This document shows positions 52,030 to 63,753 of a stretch of DNA of 64,000 nucleotides, one piece after another. The notes below the pieces were generated by a model. That model ran no database searches and was not told where the DNA came from. It was given only the letters and a program-made list of their open reading frames with translations. Every line of letters begins with the position of its first letter. The stretch's first letter is position 1. Source of the stretch: Lytechinus pictus (lineage: Eukaryota); assembly GCF_037042905.1 (NCBI RefSeq), contig NC_087252.1:21330001-21394000 (forward strand). Reading direction: 5' to 3'. The position numbers and the translations under genes are program-made.

Positions 52030-52443
52030 ACGACTATGACGATGACTACGACTATGATAATGATGATGATAAAGGTGATGATGATGATGTTACTGATGAT
52101 AGGCCTACAGATGTGGAAGATGGTGATGATGAAGTTGACAATGTTGGTGATGATGATATTGATATGCTGCTTGTTGATGATGATGATACCGAAAGGGATG
52201 ATGTGGTATGTTTATTGTAAAGATGAGGATAATGTTGATATTTATTTTTTTTGCTGATGGTGCTTGTGAGGTTGCTAATGATTGTGATGAGGTTGATGGT
52301 GGTGGTGGTGGTGGTGATGATGATGATAATGGTGCTAATGATGATGATGAGGAATATTATAAGACAATGGTGATGAAAATGATGATGGTAATGATGATAA
52401 TAATGGTGATGATGATGAGGAGGAGGAGGACGATGCTAATGGT
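52030..52443. repeat. (GAT)n trinucleotide low-complexity repeat
   Basis: Degenerate GAT/GGT array. Confidence 0.88.
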
Positions 52444-52859
52444 TCAATTCAAATCTAAATTATTCTTGATAATCCTTAAAACATAATCAAATTGTACATT
52501 CGTATATCGAAATATCATTACAAGAAAAGGAGGGCAACAAAAGTTTACACTTGAAAATAAGAAGCCTCCAAAATGGTAATGGTGGCGATGAGGTTGATAA
52601 ATTGGTGGTGGTGATAATGACATTTCGCCCACGAAAAAAAAATATTGACAAGGGGGGGGGGGGGAGGTCTTCACTTTCAAGGGGGGGGGGGAACACTTGT
52701 GTTTTAACGGCATTTTTACATAATTATTAAAAATTTTAATTGTGCCTCTCAAAGGGGCGGGGGGGGGGGGGGGGACGGGCCGGCTGTGCCCCCCCTGGTC
52801 ATTGGCATGACGAATCCACCGCATTTCGAACCCACAGGTCGCTGCCATTGTTAATGGGG

Positions 52860-53335
52860 GGTGATGATAAAGATGATGGTGGACAGGTGATGATGACGAT
52901 GATGGAGGTGGTGATGTTTGGAACGACGATGAAATTGTTGATGGCTGTAATATTGATGAGGATGTTGGTGATGAAGATGGTGGTAATGATGATAATGATG
53001 ATGATGGTGATGATGATGGTGGTGGTGTGATGATGATAATGATGATGATGGTGATGATGATAATGGTTATGATGATGATGATAATGGTTATGACGATGAT
53101 GATGGTGATAATGGTGATGACGATGATGATGGTGATGATGATAATGGTGATGATGATGGTGGTGGTGTGATGATGATAATGATGATGGTGGCGATGATGA
53201 TAATGGTTATGATGATGATGATGGTAATGGTGATGATGGTGATGATGATGTTGATAATGATGGTGATGATGATAATGGTGATGATGATGATGGTGGTGGA
53301 TAATGATGATGATATGGCGATGATTTATGACTGAT
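52860..53335. repeat. (GAT)n trinucleotide repeat
   Basis: Degenerate GAT/GGT/AAT array with higher-order duplication. Confidence 0.9.
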
Positions 53336-53629
53336 GAACTGGTAGTGATGGAGTTAGTTTTGTTTTGCTAAATCATTCAACACAAGACCAAAACACGCGC
53401 TTGTCATGTTTTGTAAACATACCATTGCTCAATGATCATACTCGCAGAGGCGGAGTCTGCGTACAATTTAATACACGTATACTGAATAGCATTTCTTCAC
53501 ACATTCAATGTGCACCATAAATAGCACGTGCGTGAATGCATCATTCACTTGTACTGTGTCATAACGACGAAGTTTTCCATCTCCGAGGACAATTATTTTA
53601 TTTCATCCTGTGCAATTAAAGTTTTCAGA

Positions 53630-53924
53630 TTACTGGGGTTGCTGGACTTCAACCTCCTTTTCAAGGTCGAAATTCATATCTTCCTCCTCCTGCTTCGAGG
53701 GTCGCAACTGACTTTCTAATCTGAAAGCGTTTTGTGGTTGCTCTAAGTCTAAGACTAAGTAAAAGTTTTTTCCTCCGACGGAGAGCGACCCTTCACACCG
53801 GCGTTCATGGGAGAGCAGTCCATGTGGTTTCAGGGGAACAAGTGTCACTTGCCTCCGTCCATTTGCAAGGCCAGGTAAAAACGTTTGGAGTGAATCTGTT
53901 GAACTTGATGGGAATGCGTCTCCT
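53630..53924 (-). CDS. Candidate terminal coding exon of an unknown small protein
   Basis: Unique-sequence open frame GDAFPSSSTDSLQTFLPG...EVEVQQPQ*; acceptor GTTTTATAG|A at 53925-53926 in phase 2. No recognisable domain. Confidence 0.3.
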
Positions 53925-54737
53925 CTATAAAACCTCAAAGCCATTTTCCGGTAAGTAATAATACCCACATTTTTCTTATTGTCATCCCACCTTTGCTAAA
54001 TATTTTGTGTAATTAAAAGATATTTAATTAAATGAAACACTAGCATACTGCTGCTAGCCTGCAATCTCAGACTCAAAGTTTGACACTTTTACAAATGGGG
54101 AGATTAGATTCCAAGCTCAATGTGTGTATCAAATTGGTAGAAGTAGCCACACTAATGTGAATCTAGTCTCACCACTTCAGACTCTGCATTATGCAAAGTG
54201 GTAAAACCAAATGTATGTGCCGCAGACTATTTCAACACTGACAACAGTACATATAGATGAAATCCAAGGGAATATTAGTCTGCAGGCTCAGACCCTGATT
54301 GAAATATTAACCAATTAATGGGTCTTTTTGACAAGTCTAGTTGGAATATAACTTATAACATGGTTCAGGCCATGGTAGGCTTAAAATTCAGACCAATTGA
54401 TTGTGTGAAATAACAGGTCTTGACTGTAGACTATACAAACTACTAGTTAGGGGGGGGGGGGGGTGGCAGACAAAGAAAGGGAATAGCAGCAGAAGAAAAG
54501 GGGGTGTGATTGTATGGATCGTCTCCACCCGAAATGAGATTTATAACAAATGAATTTCATTAATTGATGGGAAAGAAAAAAAGCTACTGTGTTCTGCTTC
54601 TGAAAAAAAGTACACACATTATGATAATGATGTGAATGCCTACCCTGACATCGCAGCTAATTATATTTTAAAGCAGTACTTGCATTGAAATAAGCTTAAT
54701 TTTTCACAAATTTAAAACATTAATGGCAACCCTAAAG

Positions 54738-56566
54738 CAAGGCTCGACATTAGCGGTGGCCCGGTGGCCCAGGGCCACCAAAAATTCACCTCGGGCAACC
54801 ATTATTGATAAAATGTTAAGTTTTGGTGGCCCGAATCGGGCAACCAATAATTTTCAAAGTAGCACAATTTTTCTCCCCATTTTGCACGCATTTATCAACT
54901 TTCTACATTTCAAATTGCAACCCAGTTCGTCATGCGCCCTTTTTGTTGATCTACACACAAATACACACACACAAAGTTTGCATATTAGGCCTACAGCTAT
55001 AGCATACAGTAGCTATTATCCAGCCAGCCGCGCCGGTCGGCTGGCGTGAGCTTTGCATGAAGCCACTGCATACAGCTAGCTGTGCTCTAGATTTAGCTCA
55101 GCCTATTCAGACTCTGGGAGCTGCGATAAAAAATGTTGCTGCTAAGAAATCTTCCACAGAACTTTGAAAATCTGAGTCAAAGTCACATTTTACACCAATG
55201 AAATGCAATTCTACAGTCTATATTACGAAAATTTGGTGTACCCTGATTATTTGCAAGCATTAAGAAGTGGAATTATGACCTCTCTTTTGACTACAAAAGA
55301 CCGATTTCCAAATGAATTAATACACATAAAAACACATAGGCAAGTACATCACAGTCCCACGTGTGCATTTGTATGTATGTTGATACTTTGTTTCTTTCGA
55401 AGCTGTGTCTTTTCTTGTATATAAATGACTTCTTAAACCACTCTTGAGAAAGTAAATTTTTTGGGAAGGCATTTCATTGATATGAAATGTGAATTTTTCC
55501 AACATTTTGGCAAATATAGGGAAGGACTTTTCTCACACTTTTTTTCCAGATATAACTTTTGCCGTTTTCTTCTTATTTTTTTTCTTTCATTTTTTTTACA
55601 GTGGTTAAACCATTTATACCCCTTCCCATTGAATATGCCTGATTAAAAAATATGTTTCTACTGAAAATAAAATAATACAAACTAAAGGATATAAAATAGA
55701 AATGTGCCATTCCCGGCCCAGAAGGTAAGTGAAAATTATTTGCTTGGCTTTTAATTATATTCCAGTCAGAAAAGACTGTTGCCACAGCTGTTAAAAAAAT
55801 ATGTGTAATGGCTACTTAATTTTCCCCTTTTCCCCATGTTTATATTAATTTTGTTTTATTCATTTTTCTTTCACTTTCTTTTTTTTTTTTTCTTTCTTCA
55901 TTTTCTTTCTTTTGTTTTATTTCACTTATTTCTTCTATTTTTGTTTTCTTTTTGTAATATACTTTTTGAAAATTATTTTCATTTGTTTCCCCCTTTTATG
56001 CATTGTTCTAATTTTGCAGCATATTTTTCTGTAATTTTCTCCTGCTATAATATGCTGCAAAAGAGAAAACGGAAATAAACTGGATTTGGGGCCTGCATAA
56101 TCTAGGTTTTAGGATTCAAAGAGGAAGAAAGAAAAACCATTGTTTTGTACATCTATCTGAGTTTGATATGCACTATTTACCATTATGAGTGTGTGTCTAT
56201 ACGGAGATTTTAAAAAAAAAGTCCACACAACCTGCGAACAATAAAATTAATTTATTCTCTTTCAATCATTTCATTTTTACAATGATAGAAACAATTTATA
56301 CATGTATTTTACCTCAAGCCAATTTAATTAGCAAAGTAAAATAACAGCAAACAAGGTTTACATACAAGATGATAAAGTGAAAGTACTTAGTGGTAGTGGC
56401 TGCATGCAGAATTAATATTTCAGAAGTTTGTTTTATTGATTTTTAATGTGTTTCTTTATATTTTTCGGGCCACCAAACTTTAATATCGGGCCACCAAAAA
56501 AAATTATTTGATGGTTTTGGTGGCCCGAATGGGCCACCATCAAAAAAAAGTTAATGTGGAGCCTTG
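54738..56566. mobile_element. P-element-like non-autonomous TIR element (1.83 kb)
   Basis: TIR CAAGGCTCGACATTA / TAATGTGGAGCCTTG; exact 7-bp TSD CCTAAAG at 54731-54737 and 56567-56573; subterminal GGTGGCCCG / GGGCCACCA repeats. Confidence 0.85.
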
Positions 56567-57040
56567 CCTAAAGCATGCTAGAAAGGTTTACCAGACATAG
56601 CATTCAAACTGTTTGATCATGTATTTATTGCAGATTGAAAAGAACACCTCTTTCCAATATGCGGGTTCCATGGGAAATTAATATTTGCTTTTGAATCACT
56701 TTTGTAGTGAGCAGGCAAATTATGTAGTTGGGAAATGTTAATTTAAAACATGGGCCTATACGCAAGGGACATAGGGCAGGGGTATATTGCATTTGCCCTA
56801 AAACATTTAATTGACAATCTTTCTGAATAGAGAAATACCAAGAAGACATGATGGAGATAAGAGAAGAGAGATTGAGGTTGAGATAGAGAGAGGGAGGGGG
56901 GGGGGAGAGAAAGGGTAAAGAGAGTTGTCGCTATGTCAGGAACGCAAGTACTATGCAATTATTTTTAGGGTAATGTAACAGCAGGTGTAAATGACGCTTG
57001 ACAAATTGAAATGAACATGGCATTTAATTTGAGGGTAGAT

Positions 57041-57404
57041 CCGGGGGGGGGGGGGGTACTCATGAAATAAGGCATACAGGGATGTGCCGCTGGAATGGGT
57101 CGCTTTTTCTGGAAGAAATCCCTTAACATTGGGTATGGTTTTATGCTGTAAAATCCCTAAACATGGCCCAAATTTTTAGATACTGGCCTTAAACATGGAT
57201 CTCCTCCAATTTCGGGTGACAACCTTTTTTTTTACTTGTCAAAGTTTAATAAATCCTTAATAATGGGTATCTTTTTAGCCAAAACAAGGAGCTGTGTTGG
57301 AAGCTCCTTGGCCAAAATGACCCGTAAATATGGGTATGGGTTTTGAACCTTCAGCCCCACACCCCCCCCCCCCCCGTCCAAACCAAATCTAAGTACACCC
57401 CCGG
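57041..57404. mobile_element. Unclassified MITE with CCGG(G)n termini and 8-bp TSD
   Basis: CCGG(G)nTACT ... AGTACACCCCCGG; exact TSD GGGTAGAT at 57033-57040 and 57405-57412. Confidence 0.8.
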
Positions 57405-57686
57405 GGGTAGATCAACACTAGCAGAAAAAAAAACAGGTAAACAGATGAGTACATGTATATTATTGTTTCACAGCAATAGCAGTTCAGCACCAATAATAAT
57501 GAGATGTGGTGATTATTAAACAAATCAAAACCTCAGCCTGTGTAAGATTGTCCAAGCGTCAACCAATTAAATTTTATGATTTTGAATTGAATCGAATTGA
57601 ATTGAATTTATTACCAAATATATCACTGGCAGGTACAATTACATGCCATAGTACTACTTTAGTACATCACATAAACAATACATTTG

Positions 57687-58480
57687 TAGGGACAGTGATT
57701 TTCCGTTTCAAAAAATTGCCTTTTCCGTTTCAGAAATTCGTAAATTCCGTTTCAGCATGCCAGAAAACGGAAATTCCGTTTCCCCATAGACTTTGTGTAC
57801 ACGGAAAATTGGCAATTCCGTTTACCATTCAGTAGCAATATATCACTCGCGCTGCGCTGGTCAAAATTTGTATCTGCCACTGTACCAACAACGCAGTAGA
57901 ATCCGCTCTAATCGGATCTATGTGGGTACACAAAATATTTTCACAAACATATCTGACATAAATACATCCTTACCTTTCACATTATTAGCATTATTTTTTT
58001 GTTAAATTAAATTTTATCGATAATTTTGGGGTTTTTTGGACATCGTTTCGACCAGTCAACGACTGTAGCCTATCCGCCATTTTGGATTTCAAGACCGGAA
58101 TATCGTGCTGTTACATCTTCAAACGTAGAGGGCAGCAACAAACGACCATGTTGTTTGCATGTGAATGTTTTCGATACGGCCGACCCCGCCGCCGGCCAAG
58201 ACGCGGGCGAGGCCCGCGGGGTACGATCGAGAGTGATGGAGTCAAGAGCAGTCACGATGTGTGAATTGTCATACTTTGTAGTGAAGTGAGATCGTGTTTT
58301 GTGAGGTTTTGTGGCCAGTTAATATTCGTATTTTGGAGTAATTACTGTTGCTGTTCTGTGTATTCTGAGGAAAAAATATGTTTTCCGTGATTTTCCGTTT
58401 GAAATGGCACTTTCCGTTTCAAAAGGCAATTTCCGTGAATTCCGTCCGTTTTCCGCGATCGCGGAAAATCACTGTCCCTA
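57687..58480. mobile_element. TIR element with TA termini and 6-bp TSD
   Basis: Perfect TIR TAGGGACAGTGATTTTCCG / CGGAAAATCACTGTCCCTA; CATTTG at 57681-57686 and 58481-58486; subterminal TTCCGT repeats. Confidence 0.9.
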
Positions 58481-58678
58481 CATTTGGCAATGGGAGCTAA
58501 CATAATAGCAAGATGCTAATCGAGGTTAGCCCCAAACAATGTCATTGTCATAGTTTAAACAATAATGTTATTGTTAACTAAATTTTCCGTCAAATAAACT
58601 TGTATGATACATTAAACCAACTATATTGTTTCAACATGTGCATATATATAGTATACAAAGATTAATGAATGTTTATGA

Positions 58679-59106
58679 GTGCAATGGACAGAATACTTCA
58701 TTAGGTGAAAGATGAAATGATCCATTCAATGAGGCGTAGCCGAGTTGAATGGATCATTATTTCATCTTTCACCGAATGAAGTATTCTGTCCATTGCACGA
58801 ATGAAAAAAATTCATTATTTGGTTTATATGACACCTAAAAATTGATATTTTTTTCATATAAAATTTATGAATTTCGATGCAAAACATGCTCATGCAGTGC
58901 GAGTTCGGTCTGTTGTTTGTTACGTCATTATGCGCGCGTGCAATGGACAAAATCGTATGGATCCAAAATTGCACGATGAATGGTTCCAAAATTGCACGAT
59001 GGATGGATCCAAAATTGCACGGTTGATGACGTCATTGTAAAATGGGCTGAATGAACGATATCAACCAACCAATCAAATCTCAAGGATCTATCTAGGTGTC
59101 ATATAA
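58679..59106. mobile_element. Hairpin-containing non-autonomous element (possibly Crypton-like)
   Basis: ~50-bp-arm hairpin at 58679-58798 with loop TGAGGCGTAGCCGAG; second IR pair TTATATGACACCTA (58824-58837) / TAGGTGTCATATAA (59093-59106); three tandem ATGG.TCCAAAATTGCACG units. Confidence 0.6.
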
Positions 59107-59576
59107 TGCTTCATCATAATTAATAACGTTCTCATAACCTTGCAATATTGGTAATCTCCTAATATTCATAATTATACAACATATACATAGATCCCTGACA
59201 GCTGAGTGGATGAATGCGCATCACATGACATTCAGAGGAATCGGCTATAGCAAGCCGCCAACACAGACACCCGTGCAATAGTCGACTATTGCATGCGCGA
59301 GCAAGGGAGCCGGCAGTGCAAAAGATCGCAAACTCAACATGCGTACCATGGCCTGCGCCTACCCGCATGCACGTATCCGCATCATTGCACTGCATACAAG
59401 CCCATACACCATGTGCAGATATTTCAAAATTTAGCAAAATGAAAGGCTAAAGAAAGGCCCGAGAACATCTATGCAGATCTAGTCCTATTCCTCCTTTTCC
59501 TCTATGCTGGTTATTGGTCTACGTTGGACTATATATGCCTACAAATCAAGTGTTGTATAAAACAAATATTCAATGT

Positions 59577-59760
59577 GTGTGTGTGTGTGTATCTGAGTTT
59601 TGTCAGACGTGTATCAATCAGATATGATTATTTACGTCTGGGACCGACCTTTAACGCCACCATCCGAAAGACGTGATCAGGGCTCGAACCTCGAACTTCT
59701 GCATCAATTTGTAACTTCCCCACGTAGCTTGGATTACAGGCGCACGCCACAACGCCCAGT
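59577..59760 (-). mobile_element. SINE-like element with a 7SL RNA (Alu-domain)-like head
   Basis: Head ACTGGGCGTTGTGGCGTGCGCCTGTAATCCAAGCTAC; B-box GGTTCGAGCCC (59690-59680); middle GTCTTTCGGATGGTGGCGTTAAAGGTCGGTCC; (CA)n tail; flanking direct repeat CAATGT (59571-59576, 59761-59766); second copy near 19.4 kb. Confidence 0.75.
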
Positions 59761-59884
59761 CAATGTTTTGTCATTTGTATGGCCAATTGAATATGACATT
59801 CGGACATTCGGTGCAAGTTGAAGCAGTTTATTCAACTTCGCTAATGAAAATAAACACTCATGACAGGGGTTACATACATGAAGC

Positions 59885-60304
59885 CAGGTTGCTACATAAC
59901 TTTTTATAAGCACTTGCCCTATCGGGCAAGTAAATTTTTAAATAGTTGGAGTATACTTGCCCGAATATCTATTTCACTTACCCGAAAAAATCCTTGAAAA
60001 AAAAGTTTTACCTCTTCAAAATAAAATTTTGTGGTTTTATAAACCATTGACCTTTTTTCTCTCTTTTGACATGAACTGATGTACCTTGTCCTTGCATTTC
60101 TTTTTCCAAAGTGATTTCATCTTGTCCGCCATGACCAAATTTAGGATCGATATATCATATCGACCCTAATTTTGGTCATTCTACTGTGAGAATTTTTGCT
60201 TGCCCAATTCGGGCAAGTAGTTTTGGTCTTTACTTCAAAACACTTGCCCGACTTTAAGTTTTACTTGCCCCGGGCAATCGGGCAAGCGCTTATGTAGCAC
60301 TCTG
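59885..60304. mobile_element. P-element-like MITE with 7-bp TSD
   Basis: TIR CAGGTTGCTACATAA / TTATGTAGCACTCTG; exact TSD ATGAAGC at 59878-59884 and 60305-60311; subterminal ACTTGCCCG / CGGGCAAG repeats. Confidence 0.87.
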
Positions 60305-60582
60305 ATGAAGCTACATACATGTAGCTTTTCTTACACCAACGCAGTATCCAATGGAATCCACCAAGTAAAATCCAAATACCTATCGAAAGGATTCATTTAT
60401 AAATTCCCCTGTTACACCCATGGCATACATTGCACAGAATTTATATGAAATAATTTACACAATACTTCTAGACTCTTGTTTGACCACTAGAAATGCTTGT
60501 AAAATGCAATCAAGTATTTTCACTTCATAAAGTTTCACAAATGTATAAAAAAGTGTTAAAAGTAAATAGCTTGAGAACTCAC

Positions 60583-60968
60583 CCCATAGGCCCATACACA
60601 GCTTTAAAAGTCTGGAGATCAATCAAATCACTTTCAAATGAATCCTCAAATATTGTTCGATAATGATCTTGGCTTCCCAAAGTAAGAGGGTGGTCAGTTT
60701 CTGTTCCTCTCATTTGGTCATATACTCCAGAAAGCTATCCCCAGGATCACCTTCTCTGACCCAAGGTCAAAGAGAACTTCCCTGAAGGGATCTCCTCAGA
60801 AGTATCTCTTTTTTTAAGGGATAACTTCATTGCCCTTCAAGAAACTGTTTGCAGGGACCTTCTCAACAAATCAGCTCTACTTAGATTTTCTTTTCTCTTA
60901 TATATTTTCTGACCTGTTACAATAACCTTTTGTAGGTCTACATTTTTTTCTGGAGGTGTTCATTGCAT
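60583..60968 (-). other. Candidate exon (mostly non-coding; possible ATG at 60713)
   Basis: Acceptor TTTTTTTTAG| before 60968 and donor GG|GTGAGT after 60583; unique sequence; the last 131 nt are open (MRGTETDHPL...AVYGPM). Confidence 0.35.
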
Positions 60969-61214
60969 CTAAAAAAAAATTCTAGAAAGCAATAATATGA
61001 GAAATCAGGTACCACAAATTAATTATTATTATTATTTTATTTGGCAGAATATCAAACAAGTCAAATACAATGATAAAAAATAATTGTTACAATAATACAA
61101 CAATAATACAGTAACACAAAAATAATTAATTAGTAATAGAATAGAGAAAGAAAGACTTCAAATTTTAAATTTGTATAAGCAATTAAAGTAATTATGCAGT
61201 ATATTAGCACCAGT

Positions 61215-61384
61215 TTATTATTATTATTAATGTTGTTATTGTTATTTTTATTATTATTATGATTATGATTATTATTATTATTATTATTAGTAGTAGTAGT
61301 ACAGTAGTAGTTAGTAGTAGTAGCAGCAGCAGCAGCAGCAGCAGTAGAAGTAGTAGTAGTAGTAGTAGTTGTAGTAGAAGTAGC

Positions 61385-61442
<58 letters not shown>

Positions 61443-61489
61443 ATAGTAGTAGTATAGTAGTAGTATAGTAGTAGTATAGTAGTAGTAGC

Positions 61490-61520
<31 letters not shown>

Positions 61521-61540
61521 GTAGCAGTAGTATTAGTATT
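61215..61540. repeat. (TAT)n/(TAG)n/(CAG)n compound microsatellite
   Basis: Direct reading of the triplet arrays. Confidence 0.95.
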
Positions 61541-62990
61541 AACCATGAATTACTTTGCAATGCAAGATGGCTCTTTCATTTTTAAAGGTAGTTTGAACAT
61601 TTCATCGTCATCCCTCATTCATAACATTAATAAACCATAAACAATATAGAGAGTGTTTCCCTTAAAACCTAAAATACTCTTGTAGTTGTATGTACCCCAT
61701 CTGCATTCTACGCCAAATGACCCACTTCGGTTATGCCGGCAAAGTTGCCAATGTGCAAAGATGAGAGAGAGAGCCATTTGACAAGAGTGATGCGTGCTGC
61801 TTGTATGAGTAATGATGTAGAGACTTAACACTCGAGAGTGGTGATTTATCGATTGGTCGAGGTCGCGACGACAACTGATTATGGCAACAAGCTGGCGCAA
61901 TTAATGTACGCAAGGTCTTGACCACTTCTTACATCGGCTCGTCGTCGTCGCGGCTGCTTCGCGTAAGGGCTTACAAAATATGACTAATTCAGTGAATATT
62001 TTATGGGGTGTTGTGTCTGGTTGTGGTTGTGATAATTGGTAGTAATACATTTTCATGCTAATGCTGATAATGTTGGCAGGCATGGATCCAGGAGGCTTAC
62101 AGTATGTTTCATCCCTACCCCCCCCCCCCTTATCCCAAAATTTGTTTATTTTTGGGTCAATTTTTGCAAATTTTTCTTGTTCTTCTTAAAGTTAATACTT
62201 TCTTGCCTGTAAGATATATATTTTTATAGAATTTATATCATTTTATAATGGAATGATAAGATTTTTCATTTTGAAGAGATCTACTTTCTTGACCCCCCTC
62301 CCATTTATGAAATTCTAAATCATTCCTGGGTGTGTAATTAAAAGGTTCAATTCTGAGATTATATTTTTGGTATGATTCCACTATACTGAATATGATTAAC
62401 TGTACTTCCGATTTTTAACTTGCAAAATTGAATTGCTGACAGAATCCCCAATTTATTATTTTAAAGGAAAAATGAATGATGTCTGTATTCAGTGTTTGTT
62501 TCTGTTTTTTTTTTTTCTCCTTCAATTCATAAAATTTGTTTTTCATTTCATTGATCCCAAATGATTTCAAGAATTTCAGTTATTTCATTCAACAAGAATA
62601 CCCTTAAAATATGAAGCCATGACAAATGTACACTTAAACTCTAGAGATGTTTGAATTCATGCAATAAATGTATTAAATTCAATTCCACTCAATATATATT
62701 GGTCAACAGGAAATTAATTTTAGGATCTTAGAAGATGTATAAAATATAACTTTCAAGTATATGAAACTATCTGTTGCAAATCAACATATTTGTTGGACAT
62801 GGCATGTAAACCAAAGCTGTAACAGAAACCAGAAGAATCATCTTTGCACATGTGAAAATCACAGTCGTATCAATTCATCTATCGAGCTAGGTGGTGAATA
62901 GCATTCCGGTCAGATTTTTTTTTTTGAAGGCATTCTCAGTAACCAGAACATAAACGTATTGATCCGTGGGAGTCGGCTGCGATAGCTTAC

Positions 62991-63132
62991 GTTTGTCAAA
63001 AATACTGAGGTTGGATACAGTTGCATGAAACCGGTAGAAGTTGATTCCGAGTGATATGGCATCGCCATGGCAACATGGCATCAACTTTCAAAGTATCTAC
63101 ATATATTCGCGCACTGGTAAGACGAGTTCTTC
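62991..63132 (-). other. Candidate non-coding exon
   Basis: Acceptor GCTTTTTACAG|G and donor AAC|GTAAGC; stops in all three frames. Confidence 0.3.
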
Positions 63133-63753
63133 CTGTAAAAAGCAGTTGCTCAAGAACAAATTTTAAACATTTTATATCCAACTTGACTTTTGTAGATTGT
63201 TAATGTATGTGGGTGCCATATATATTTGAAACCACTCATATAGATTTGAAATAACTCTGAAAGGCTTTTGAATGTAAAAAACCCCTGATAATCTTATGTT
63301 TGTTATTATATTAAATAACATAAATGATGATTGAAAATAAAAATCTGAACAAATGAATACATAGGGAACCTACATGTAATGAAAGGGGGTTTCAAATTGA
63401 CAGACAAGAAGAAGAGACATCTGAAGAGAGAGAGAGAGAAAAAAATGATTACAAATAGGTAATGACAGGAGGGGGGGGGTAGGATTTCATTTTATGTATT
63501 ATTTTGGTGCTAAGAGATGTAGTGTGAAACAAAACGGGGCTAAGGAAATGTGGGGCTAAGCATTAAGCCAATCATAGAAGTCGAAATTGCAAGTTAATCG
63601 TGCTCTGTATGGTAAAATCATCCAATATTTATGAGCTGTGTGATAGTCTGGGGTTAAGGCGTTATCCCCGGCCAAGCAGATAGTATGGGGTTAAGAAAGA
63701 CAGTGTAAATCGAAAAAAAGATAGCATGGGGTTAAGGATAGTATGGGGTTAAG

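Noticed and set aside
59724..59760. Human Alu contamination or a genuine 7SL gene
   Set aside because: Similarity stops after about 45 nt, there is no Alu body, A-tail or SRP S-domain, and a diverged sister copy exists in the same window.
60583..60968. Selenoprotein exon (multiple in-frame TGA)
   Set aside because: An in-frame TAG is also present, there is no redox motif, and no SECIS was identified.
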